This document shows positions 45,077-55,986 of a stretch of DNA of 64,000 bases, piece by piece (position 1 is the first letter of the stretch; every line of letters begins with the position of its first letter). The translations under genes were made by a program, and so were the position numbers. Where the stretch lies: positions 1-64,000 of the forward strand of contig NW_013546289.1 in assembly GCF_000760515.2 (NCBI RefSeq), in the 5' to 3' direction. Source of the stretch: Mitosporidium daphniae. Taxonomy: Eukaryota. Under the pieces are notes generated by a model that had not been told where the DNA came from, did not search any database, and saw nothing but the letters and a program-made list of their open reading frames with translations.

Positions 45077-46375
45077 TTAGTAAGAATGGGCAGATGCATC
45101 GTTCTGGTGGGAAATCCGTAGGAACGTGATGGCAGCCAGTAGCTCTGATCGGCATAAGGCATCAACAGTGTCTTTTTCTTGCAACGGCAAGGCACTTATA
45201 GCATGCGAGAGAATATCAACTCCGTCTTGCTTTGCATCCTACCAAACATCAAAAATAGGACATTGTCAACCTGAATTGAGAGAACAGATCCCCGTTTGTC
45301 AAACGTCACAAAAAAGTTCCTATCTCCAAGGATGGCGTCATTGCGCAGATGGATGCAAAGACGATACGGGTACTCGTGTTCCATAAAACAAGACGCCCCA
45401 AATGCCTCCTGAATAATCCTTGTCATTCCGTCGTACCTAAGGATAAGATTCAAAGCCCACATATGGTATAGCTCCTCTACAGTGGCATCTCGTTGGATCA
45501 CATGGGCCTTTTTGGTGTTTACACTCTCGTCCATCCGATCGCACTCTGCTGCAAGTTCTTTATACAAAAGATCCTCTCGATCGAGACGCAGTTTCGCCTC
45601 TTGGATCAGCTTGCTCACATCGTGGATCGAGGTTTTGAGATCGGACATTTGCAATTTCTATACTGAGTACGCTTTGAGGAACCTTTTTTTCCAAAGCGGC
45701 CTCTCCCTCTTCAATGGTCATGGTGGAAGTCAAATTCTAGCCGCAAGAAGACTGTTCTCTTACCTTTGTGGAGAGAATCTTTTCAATACGCTCTGCCAAA
45801 GATGCAGCTTGCTGTTCGAGCTCCAATATTTCCTCCGAAAGCAGTCTATTGCCCTTTACGCAAAGGGACGCCGATTTTTGTTCTAAAATAAGGACTTCAA
45901 TTACTGTTGAGGATCAGGTCGCACTGGTCCGCAATGGAGCCTTTGAGCTTCTCCAATTCATCCTTGAGCTTTTTTAGCGCAGCCTTAGACTCATCTATGC
46001 AATCATCGTATATTCTTTACCTTTGGCCACAAGAATGTGCTTGTCAACGGATTCTCCACAACATCCATCTTCTCCCATCTCTTCGTATAGTGTCGTCAGA
46101 AATAGGAGCTTCGATTGGAGTTCGATGGCTGTAAATTTGAGTCGTGAAAATAGTTCCTAATCAAATAAGCACCGCCACACTTGCCTTTGATTGCCGGAAG
46201 GACAGATCCTCTCCACCTATGGACTGGAGCAGCGCATGCTTTGGCGCAAACATATCCTCATCAGAGGAGAGCGTAAAAAATTCTGAAAGAAAAAGTCCAT
46301 CCACAGATGGAATGGCTACGTTCGGTTTTCTGTCACATAAAAACAAGCAATGCCGTACTGCTCACTTGTCGACAT
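45077..46375 (-). CDS. Kinetochore Sos7/Kre28/Zwint-like protein, multi-exon
   Basis: Spliced KELFSRLKFTAIELQSKLLFL and ESKAALKKLKDELEKL resemble fungal Sos7 (KELFSKLRFSYxEQxTKEKF). A coiled coil is followed by a globular tail. Introns are 22-32 nt. Confidence 0.65.
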
Positions 46376-46476
46376 CAAGCTCAACACCAAAATTTAGGGT
46401 TGGAATTTACTTTAATGTGTGCAAGGTACATTTTCAGGCCAACCTGACGGAGATTTAATCATTTCAATTGATCGTT

Positions 46477-47216
46477 ATGGACAATATCGACTTCACTGCA
46501 AAGGACTTGTCCGAAAAAAAGAAAGCCCCCGTGACGATGAAGTCTATACTCTTGTACATTCCCAACATCATTGGTATCTACATCTGACTCACATCTAGGG
46601 CTGCTGCGCGTCGTATTTGCTCTGTTCTCAATCCTGCTGATGGCCACTGGCCAACATTGCGGCGCAATGATTCTGTACTTTATTTCCGCAATACTCGATG
46701 CATTTGATGGCATGACTGCACGTTATTTCAACCAATGCTCACAGTTTGGTGCTGCCCTGGATATGGTGACAGACCGGTCTGCGACAATGATGCTGCTTTG
46801 CGCACTTTGCCGTCTCTATCCCGCAATGATGATGCCCATCTTCCAGTTTATTCTTTCGCTGGACCTTTCCTCGCACTATGTTCATATGCTTAGGTAAAGA
46901 GTGTGTTTACAGCTTTAGTTCTACCAAGAGCGGCTCGGCATCGCACAAGACCGTAGCCGAGAATAGCCCTATACTCCTGAGAGTATACTACACTAAAAGG
47001 TGGGTTTTATTTATCGTCTGCGCTATGAACGAGCTTTTCCTTGCATCACTTTATGTGTGGGCAGTATATCCGCATTCATGGGTCCCCAAAGTGGCGCTCG
47101 CCCTCAGCAGTCCCGTCTTTCTTTTCAAGCAAATTGTGCACGTCATCCAGCTAGTAGAGGCGTTCCAAGTTCTTCTGCACTTTGACGTCGCAGATGCTAC
47201 CAAAGCAAATAAATAA
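46477..47216 (+). CDS. PIS1: Phosphatidylinositol synthase (PIS1/CDIPT)
   Basis: LYIPNIIG|LLR and LDAFDGMTARYFNQCSQFGAALDMVTDR (CDP-alcohol phosphotransferase motif), plus LDLSSHY and SHK. Confidence 0.96.
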
Positions 47217-47324
47217 ACCACCAACGGCAATCAACCCAATTGCGCCCATCAATCCGCGTCAAGTTGCGTGTGCAAGCGAAAGCTGAGCTGACTCTACATT
47301 TATTGGGCGATCATATATAGCCAT

Positions 47325-48253
47325 TCAACTGCGATAAGAAGACGACGGCTTTCGACTGCTGTTGGAGGAAGATGACGACGAAAATGTGCGTGAAAAGTTT
47401 GAGCGCGAATATGACGACGATGCGGAGCTGGCCTTGTCACCAGCCCTGTGGTCTGGACGATCCTTTGATTCGTGGTCTGAGCGGCGGGTTTCAGACCTGC
47501 GCTCTGTCTTTCTAGAGTCACCTCGTGACCGCGATCGCGATCGATGCCTCCTGGTTGACTGTGGGCTTTTGCTCTCCTCTCCAAAGTAATACTCCGCAGA
47601 TGGGGGGCTGATTGTGCTCGGCGCAGGTATCCTATGAGAGGCCGACAATTTCGGTCTACATGATCTACAAATAAAAAGACAACAATGACGATGAACTGGC
47701 GCTACTGCCGTCAAACACGCCAATACGCCGCGATTGGTGTGCCTCTTCGCGTTGCGACTTTTGCCGCAGACAATAGAGCCTCCAGGTTTGTTCGTCAAAC
47801 CCATAGTTGAAATAGTCGGTAATATCCGACCCAGGCTGTCTCCAAGGCTTGTCCTCAATGGAATCAAGCTCGATATTATATATGGACGAGGCCATGGGCG
47901 CAGATGGAAGCCCATCGGAAAGCACCGTTGTAAGCTGGGCAGAGAGCATCTCTGAGGGTGCAAAGGTTGGTGCTGCATCCACATTGGTGGTGGAGCCAGG
48001 GGCACCTGCTCCGCCACATGTTGGACATGTGGCTGAAGATGCGTTCGGGCCTATTGATGGTAAAAAAGACGATCTCAAACCGGTGCCAGCTGCAGGTATT
48101 CCCGTTGCAACGGAGAGGGGCTTCTGGAACCTAGCAGGAAATCTCGAGGGAACCATACCCTAGACCATCCTCATCCTGGTCATAGTCATTCATGACGATT
48201 TCGACATCCTCCTCTTCATCCTGGAAGTCGGCCATGGGGGCAGGAAGCGACAT
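47325..48253 (-). CDS. FIP1: Pre-mRNA 3'-end processing factor FIP1
   Basis: Acidic N-terminus, [29 protein letters not shown], and an RS-rich tail. Confidence 0.93.
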
Positions 48254-48401
48254 TAATTTTTAAAATTCGGGGACAGAAGTTTTAAAATCTCACGTTGCAA
48301 GTTTAAGGGAACACAATCAGCCATCATCACCATCAAGTGCGACAAAAGTCAACCGGAATAAATAACATTTTATCAAAATACTTAATATGCATTGCACTCC
48401 C

Positions 48402-49427
48402 CTACATGTGTCGCCCCTCTTCGGTGCTCAACGAACTTGTCATGTATGACTCTATTGACAGGCGAGAATGTGCGATGATGCGTCCAAACTCCTTTCTCAG
48501 GCTTTTGACATGCTGCTGGTTGTCTTTGAATTCGTTGAGATGATGACACAGCCAATTCATATTATCTATAAACGCCATGTTGTTCATCCGCAACATCTCG
48601 TCATCCTCCACTTCCATGCTCCTGGACGTATGCTTGGATTCCTCAGAGAGGTGCTCTTCGCCCGGGAGGTCGACCTGGCCCTCTTTCTTCTTCAGATACT
48701 TTCTTCCATAAGAGCGGCAGGAAGAGCATGTCTTGCGCTTCCTATTTCCATCCATGAAAGAGGTGACGTCCTTAGTGTATCGACATCGGGAGCAGTAGAA
48801 AGGTGTCTCTGGAATGCCTTCCATTTTTGAGGCCAAAGATTGCGGAGACGGTGGAAGGTTGTGCGACTGTTGTTGAATCGGGGATGGGATCTGCCGCTGA
48901 TGGTGCATGAGCGATGGATGTTGATGGTGATGAAGGTGATGTGAGGAAGACATCAAATGAGACGGATGGTGCTGATGATTGGAGGCCCCCATTGCTGCTG
49001 CAAGGTGATGTGGGTGGGAGTGGCCTAGCCGTCCATCGGAAGCGAGCATTGGCCTTTGTGGGGCAGGCCCACATACACCAACCCCGCCATTAGATGGAGA
49101 TCCGTTTAAGTGTTGGTGTGGGTGCATAGAGTGGTGAGGATGATGGTGCTGCGGATGCATCAAAGGCGATCCATGCTGTTGTGACTGCAGTATGCCAGTC
49201 GTGGCATATGGATGATGGGAATTTCCGAGAGATTGATGATGCGGTCCGCCCGGACTCATTAATGCCGCTTGTTCTAATAATGCAGCTGTAGAGTGATGCA
49301 CGGGTATGTGGAAATCCAGATGATCCTCATCCTGCAAAAGATGGCCCAATTCGTTTGACTCTGGCGCCTCGTCATTGGACGCCTCGGGGTCAGAGACCCC
49401 TTGTAACATCCAGCTGGTGTTCATCAT
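48402..49427 (-). CDS. His/Gln/Pro-rich protein with a Cys4 zinc-binding motif and basic stretch (putative regulator)
   Basis: 341-aa intronless ORF; CSRC-x18-CSSC followed by RSYGRKYLKKK. Confidence 0.7.
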   Translation of the reverse strand: MMNTSWMLQGVSDPEASNDEAPESNELGHLLQDEDHLDFHIPVHHSTAALLEQAALMSPGGPHHQSLGNSHHPYATTGILQSQQHGSPLMHPQHHHPHHSMHPHQHLNGSPSNGGVGVCGPAPQRPMLASDGRLGHSHPHHLAAAMGASNHQHHPSHLMSSSHHLHHHQHPSLMHHQRQIPSPIQQQSHNLPPSPQSLASKMEGIPETPFYCSRCRYTKDVTSFMDGNRKRKTCSSCRSYGRKYLKKKEGQVDLPGEEHLSEESKHTSRSMEVEDDEMLRMNNMAFIDNMNWLCHHLNEFKDNQQHVKSLRKEFGRIIAHSRLSIESYMTSSLSTEEGRHM

Positions 49428-49462
49428 TTATCTGCAATTGGGGAAGTAACGTGCGAGCTGCG

Positions 49463-49527
49463 GTGCAAATGCTGTTGCGAAGGTAAGGGCAGTGCAAACG
49501 TTGTTGCGAAGGTAAGAGCAGTGCAAA
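49463..49527. repeat. 29-bp tandem repeat x2.2 upstream of the His-rich gene
   Basis: GTGCAAAYGYTGTTGCGAAGGTAAGRGCA twice, plus GTGCAAA. Confidence 0.85.
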
Positions 49528-49718
49528 GAAAAAGGCCATGCTTGAACGATTTAGCCTTTGATGCTTTGATTTGATTGGTGCGTTTTGTAACATATATTTT
49601 AATTTTAATCCTGACCAACCACACCCTCGAACGTTAAGGCGACATCTTCACCCCCTGATTTGTGCACCGAAATTTATTGCATCGGAGCATGTGCCTATTT
49701 AAAAAATTTGACATTCGT

Positions 49719-51490
49719 TTAATTTCTGTTTTTGCGCGAGCCTTTTTTTGAGGCGATTTTCAAAACCTCGGAGTTTAGTCCGCCTCCGAACATCGTGGCA
49801 ATGGCAGACGCACTCAACTTGGCAACCGCTTTGGACTCCTTTTCGTTCTTAGCTCGCTCTTTTTCCAAGACTTCAAGTTTACTTTTAACGGTGTCCACAT
49901 CATTCATAATTGAAAAGAGCTCGTCTTTGACCTCTTGTTCGCGTTTATGCAGAGCCTGAATCTCTTTTTCAAATCTAACATTGATGGCATTTTTGAAAAG
50001 CGAGGCGTTCTTCATTTGGTCTATTTTAAGCTTTTCCTCGAGCTTTGAGCTTCGCTCGGATAGCTCTTCATTCTGCTTTCTCAGCTTCATTAGATCTCCC
50101 CTATGAGATAGTGATAGGTCTAATATTGTACTTTTTGGGCGGGCTGGTAGGCTTCTTTGAAAGGATGTCGGCGCGATATATTTCATAAAGGATGGTGGCT
50201 TTTCTTCTGAGCTCTTCGCTATGATCCGAAATAAGAACTTGCTTGAATTTCAGGAAGTCATAGTACTCATCAGACTCGATATTGATTTTCCCCCACGGAT
50301 ATTCCCTGCACTTCAAAGGCGCAGATTGGGGCGACCCATTGTTGTGCTGCAGAAGTGCTCCAATAACGGCAAATGGAATTGAGCTCTACGCATCATTTAG
50401 GATTGGCTTGTTCATTACCTTTAATCGCTTCACCTCTTCTTGCACAAAATCTTCATCTCTGTCGTCGACAGTTGGATAGAAAAGCTGAATTCCAAATCTA
50501 GAAATGTCCTTCAATATCTTTCAATTATGCCATCAAGTGCTTACCCTTCCTTTTAAAAGAGACAGCTCGCGCAATGTAAGGATTTCTGCTCGGCCAATGA
50601 CTGGAATTAAATTTATCACTTTGTCCAGCTTTGACATTGCCAGGATGTCGATTTTCCTCAGACTTTCAAGTAAACGTTGCCGTGGGTTACCTTGTCCTCC
50701 ATGGTGGGAGAAGATAGATGCACGCGTGATATCTGCTATCCACAATCTCACCTCGGAAGCGGCGGAAAATGTCGCTTTCTGCACTGCAATATTCCTCTAA
50801 TCCTTTGTGGACTCTTTGGATTATCCTTGGCAGCCTAGAAATAACGAAAAAGTCCGTACATATCTACATTGTCCACTTGATCCCCGAAGCCATCAACCAC
50901 AGTGATGTTCATGGTCATGGAGAGCTCAAACTCCTCAATACCTTCATTAAAAAAATTCAAGTACTTTTTGAATATTCCGTAAATTTCAAGCAAGCGGCTC
51001 GCTCTTCTTCGTGGCACCCGATAGCCTCTTTTTGATGTTCAGAGGGCTCGTGTGCTATTTTCGTGTTGACATCTGCTTCTGATAGCGAAAAAAGAGATTT
51101 CAACAGTGTGACCTTTCCAACACCAGCCTCACCTTATCAATAAGAAAAAAATTCTCCTACCAACCACTAGGATGTTCAGGACAAAGCCGGAGAGCGAGTA
51201 TTGGCGATGAAGCTGATTTGCATAGGAGGAAAACCCGACCCAAGATGAAGAGTCTCCAAGAATGGTCTTTGATGTAAGAAAATAATCCCCCACCTCCTCA
51301 TTAGACATGCTTGTTGGCTTTCCAATCTTCTTACTTGAAAAAAATGATACCGCAGGCGCTTCATCTCTAATAATCGATTGTGTTTGCAGGCATTCCGGAG
51401 ATGGCGGCAAAAAAGTCTCGCCATTCTGTTGGGACGAGTTGATCAAAACTACTGTCAATAGGACCATACGGCCAAACCTGATGGAGGCAT
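49719..51490 (-). CDS. Septin (divergent), multi-exon, with a C-terminal coiled coil
   Basis: VGFSSYANQLHR..GFVLNILVVG|EAGVGKVTL, GFGDQVDN, DSRVHASIY, NLIPVIGRAE, PFAVIG, REYPWG..ES.EYYDF, YEIYR. The start is uncertain (51490 or 51308). Confidence 0.88.
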
Positions 51491-51706
51491 ATATCAAAAT
51501 AGGATGGTTTTTCGATCGTAAATATCATTTTCAATCTCAATTTCACATCCCTAAACAATGGCTAGCAACAAAGCCCCTTTTCTGATTGGCCCGAGTGAGC
51601 AAATTAAAATCGTACAAATTGTAATTTAATGAGGTACATGGCGGCAGCATGTGATGGCATCATGCGCATGCATGCATGCCAAGTGCATAATGTAACTTTA
51701 ATTAAT

Positions 51707-54700
51707 TTAATTAACTCCTTTGTCTTCATGTGCTTGACGCGATTCTTTCTTGTAGAGCTTATAATATAGACCCCTTTTGGAAAGTAACGAGGAGTGGTCG
51801 CCCATTTCAACAACCTTTCCCTTGTCCATGACATAAATTAAATCAAAATCTCGAATGGTGCTAAGACGATGCGCAATGACAATAAACGTCCTTGGTCTCT
51901 CGCTTGAAGCAAAATCTTTCATCAAAGCTGCTTGGATTTTTTCCTCAGATTGGGCATCCAAGGCACAGGTGGCTTCATCAAATAGCAAGATTGGCGGATT
52001 TTTTAAAAGGACACGGGCAATTGCAATGCGCTGCTTTTGGTCCCCAGAGAGCTGTGATCCAAATTCACCAAGCTGTGTTTCATATCCGCAAGAAAGGGAT
52101 ATAATGTCCGAATGGATACCGGCCAGAATTGAAGCATTTTCAACATCAACTTGAGGAATCGATGGCGCTTCCTCCTCCTCCTTCTCCTTAAGCAGCTGTC
52201 TGCCTAGACAGATATTTTCCCAAATAGATCGAGAAAAAAGTACCGGCTCTTTGCTTGCCAATCCAAAGGTCTCTCTAACTACAGAGAGCGGAATCGTGGA
52301 AATATCCTTTCCATCAAACAGTATTGAGCCGGTTTGTGGCTCGTAGAAGCGTTCAAAAAGCCCAAAAATGGAGCTCTTTCCAGACCCTGAAGGTCCAACG
52401 ATCGCAATTCTCTTTCCAGCTTCAAAAGTTAAATTTAAATCATCAAGAACTCGAGTTTCGGGCCTCGAAGGGTATGAAAAGCGTACATTTTCAAGCCTGA
52501 TCTGTGGAGGAACATTGCTGGCAATGGCTTGATCCTTGCGGTACTCATCCAAAGATGCGTTTGCATTGCCACCGTCGCCATAGGAGAGGAGCTCAAATAT
52601 AGATTGAGCTGCAAGGCGTCCAGAGGGAACATCTGGCAAGCAAGCGATTGTTTTTCCTGCTGCCATGGCGCAAAATATAATTGAATAAAGGACCCTGTTC
52701 ATGGCGGCATAATCGAGCTCGCCAGAAAGGACCAATTTGGCCCCAAAATAAAACGAAATAGCATAGATCCAACACAGCATGGCTTGCGAAAGCCCAAATC
52801 CAATAGCTCCAACAAATGCACTGATCACGCTAAGGCGATGAGGAGCATCCAATTGCTTGCAATATTGCTCCAAGAACCAGGATTCGCGGCAAAGGCCAGA
52901 AACAGTACGTCGATAGTGAAGGGCCTCACCCATGCGCGCCTGAGCAAGCTCAGAGGAACGTTCGATATTGCTGCCAAAGTATGTTCTTGTATTCCTTTCA
53001 AAGAAGCTAGCAATTGCCATTAAAGGCATGCATAGCACGAGAATAATGGCCAATTTGTATCCGGAATAAAAAGCAACAAATAGACCAAGTCCAACGGTCA
53101 CTAAAGCCTGTATTAGGGTACCAAAAAGAGGACCCGTGAGTTTTTTCAAACTATCTACCTCTGACGATAAGCGTGCAATTAGACGAGAAGGTGCATTTTG
53201 AGGTGTATCGAAATACGCCATCTTTAAAGGATGATTTTGGTCCATCGAAACTAGCGATTTGAAGCAAGAGGCTCGAAGGCGACTGGCAAGACGCTCTCCG
53301 GCTATGCCAAAAAAAGCGGTTTGCCCAAGTTGGGAAACTCCGGAGATCAAGCCTTGAATAAAGAACCAAAAACAGTAAAACTTGACGCCTTTGATTAGAA
53401 CCGCAATTGAGGGTTCTGCAAATACACTTTGAAGGTCGGCAAAAAGGAAGGATAGTATTGGCATTGTGGAGCCGTTTACAATCGCACAAAGAAGGCCGAA
53501 CAGCATAAAGGCATATTCGGGACCTTGCATCCTCAGGATACGGTGGACGATTTTCGAAAGTGGCAATGTACATTTTCTTCCTCTAGCTGTGTCGGAAAGA
53601 CGAAGGATTGAAGGTGATGCTGCGATTGCATCGTAATCAATACCGTCACATGTATCGGGAGTCTCCAAGTATCTGTCATCCACGGGAGTACTGTCATTAT
53701 CAAGAAATACAGCGGTGTCTCCTTTTTGTGGATGGACTAGTTCGAAATATGGACCTTCAGTGTGAGAAATTAGTTCAGAATGTGATCCCTGCTGCAGAAT
53801 TTTTCCTTCTTGAAGAAGGATAATTTTGTCAGCAGAAATTACACTTGAAAGCTTATGGGCGATAACTAGAGTTGTACGGCCTTTAGAAGCCATTTCAAGG
53901 GCATCCTGAACAGCAGCCTCTGAAGCAGAATTCAGGGAGGACGTAGCTTCGTCCAAAATCAACAAAGATGGGTCTCGCATCAACGATCTAGCAATTGCGA
54001 TGCGTTGCCGCTGGCCATCAGAGAGCATAGAACCACCAGGGCCTACCCTAGTAGAGTATCCTTGAGGCAAGCCCAAAATAAACGTGTGAGCATTTGCGAT
54101 ACGGCAGGCATTTGCCACATCCTCCATGGTTACAGAAGCCCGATTTATAGCTCCAAGAGCCACATTTATAAAAACACTCTCGTCAAAAAGAATAGGCTCT
54201 TGAGACACAATTCCGATGGAAGATCGCATAGCCAAAGGGCTAATGTTATGGTCTTCCTCGTCCCCAATCAGGATCCTCCCACTCTGTGGACGATAGAATC
54301 GTTGAAGCAGGTCAACAATGGTGGACTTTCCTGATCCAGATTTGCCTACAAGGGCTGTCTTCTTCCCTGGCTCCAATACTAGAGATATATTAGAAATTTC
54401 AGAGCCGGCATCTGATGGAGAATTATATCTAAAAGTTAGAAACAAAATGTCAAAGCATACCGAAAGGAGACATTTTCAAGAGTAATTCCACCTTTCTCAA
54501 TAAGCCCGCGAACACGAAGGTGTTCCTCATCGTCAACACCTTTTTTGGATATATTTAATGATTGATCTTCGTCTTTTTTGATGATATTGGAGAGTGTTGA
54601 AGCTGCAAGAATTCCCCGGCTTACGATTTCAAAATTTTGGAAAATGTGTCTCACAGAAACGGCACCAGAGATCACGCAAAAAAAGACACTTAAAATTACA

Positions 54701-55806
54701 CCGCGTTTGAGAATAACTCCAGACTCAATAAGCTTGGCACCGCTCCAAAAGGCAAGTGAATATGAAAAAAAGGCTAACATGCAAATAATACCCATTGAGG
54801 CTCCGGAAATAAGGAAAGAGGGCTCGTTTTTCTTTGCTGCCTCTTGCGCCAGGTCACTATAACTCTCGCATTCCGAAGATTGAGCACCAAATGACACTAC
54901 GGTACGGATTCCTGCAATAACTTCTCCTGCATATGCGCTTGCTCGAGCGTAGCGAGGTTGGGCCTTCTCAGAAAATCGAGAAGAGACGCGGGAAAAGAGC
55001 GCATTAGATGCACTTATAATTGGAAAAATCATGCATACGACAAGAGTTAATTGCCAGCAGCGAAAAAAGGCCACAGAAAAGCAAGAAATAAATGTAGCTG
55101 CATACAATGCTGTCAATCCCATTTTCCCGGAAAGTCCTTCTTGAACTAGGAAAATGTCTGCAGCAGAGCGGTTGATAAGTTCACCAGTAGAATTTCCATC
55201 AAAAAAAGAAATTTCCTTTTCCAGAAGAGAAGCAAAAAGAGTGGTTTTAAGACGATAGCACTGGCGAGCTGCGGACCAATTAAGTAAAGCCAACATCCAA
55301 TATCCTGTCTGGAATATTACCACTCCCAAAATGGAAAGAAATGTTAAAGAATATGTCATTTCTGTCCAAAAGAGTTTTTCTTGGAGTAAAACAGACGAGG
55401 GGTCCACATTTTTTGCGATGAGAAAATCGATGAACAAGTTGATGATATCTCCAAGCAAGTAATTCATTAATGAAACCGAAAGGCCGGCCACGAGGCCACA
55501 AACCAAACCAGTTCCAATTAAAAAATAATCGAAAGAGTTGGCCCATGAGAAGAGTATCGCAAACTTTGATGCTGTTCCAGCAGGTGAAGTTACATGAACG
55601 ATGTCTTTTTCGGATAAAAGTGCGTTTGAAGATTGATCTTTTGAGGTTGCGTTTGAGGATTCATCTTTTGAAATTTCGTTTGAGGATTCATCTTTTGAAA
55701 TTTCGTTTGAGGATTCATCTTTTGAAATTTCGTTTGAGGATTGATCTTTTGAAGTCATATCTGAAGAGAAGCTTTCAGACATCACCTTTTCAGAAAACTG
55801 TGACAT
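51707..55806 (-). CDS. Full-length ABCB (MDR/P-glycoprotein-type) transporter, TMD-NBD-TMD-NBD
   Basis: Two TMDs; Walker A GKSGSGKS and GPSGSGKS; Walker B LLILDE and ILLFDE; IAHK/IAHR. One 32-nt intron at 54429-54460. Confidence 0.95.
55621..55753. repeat. 27-bp in-frame repeat x5 (SKDESSNEI-type) in the ABCB N-terminus
   Basis: Units start at 55623, 55650, 55677, 55704 and 55731. Confidence 0.93.
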
Positions 55807-55986
55807 GCTGATTTCAAGATAATTAAAGACTTCTATTGGTGTAATAGCTATAAGGTGCAAAATAAAAATTGCATTAACCACCAATCATCGCCTGCTGGCT
55901 TCTAAAAAAATATTCGGAAAAAATCTGTTTACAAATTTATTCTAGAATGTGAAGAGGAGGATATTTGTATTCTATGCCGGCCAGGT

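Noticed and set aside
49463..49527. CTTACCT plus TTTGCAC in the minus-strand repeat as a U1 mimic
   Set aside because: The matches are short and imperfect, with no Sm site or U1 fold; kept only as a tandem repeat.
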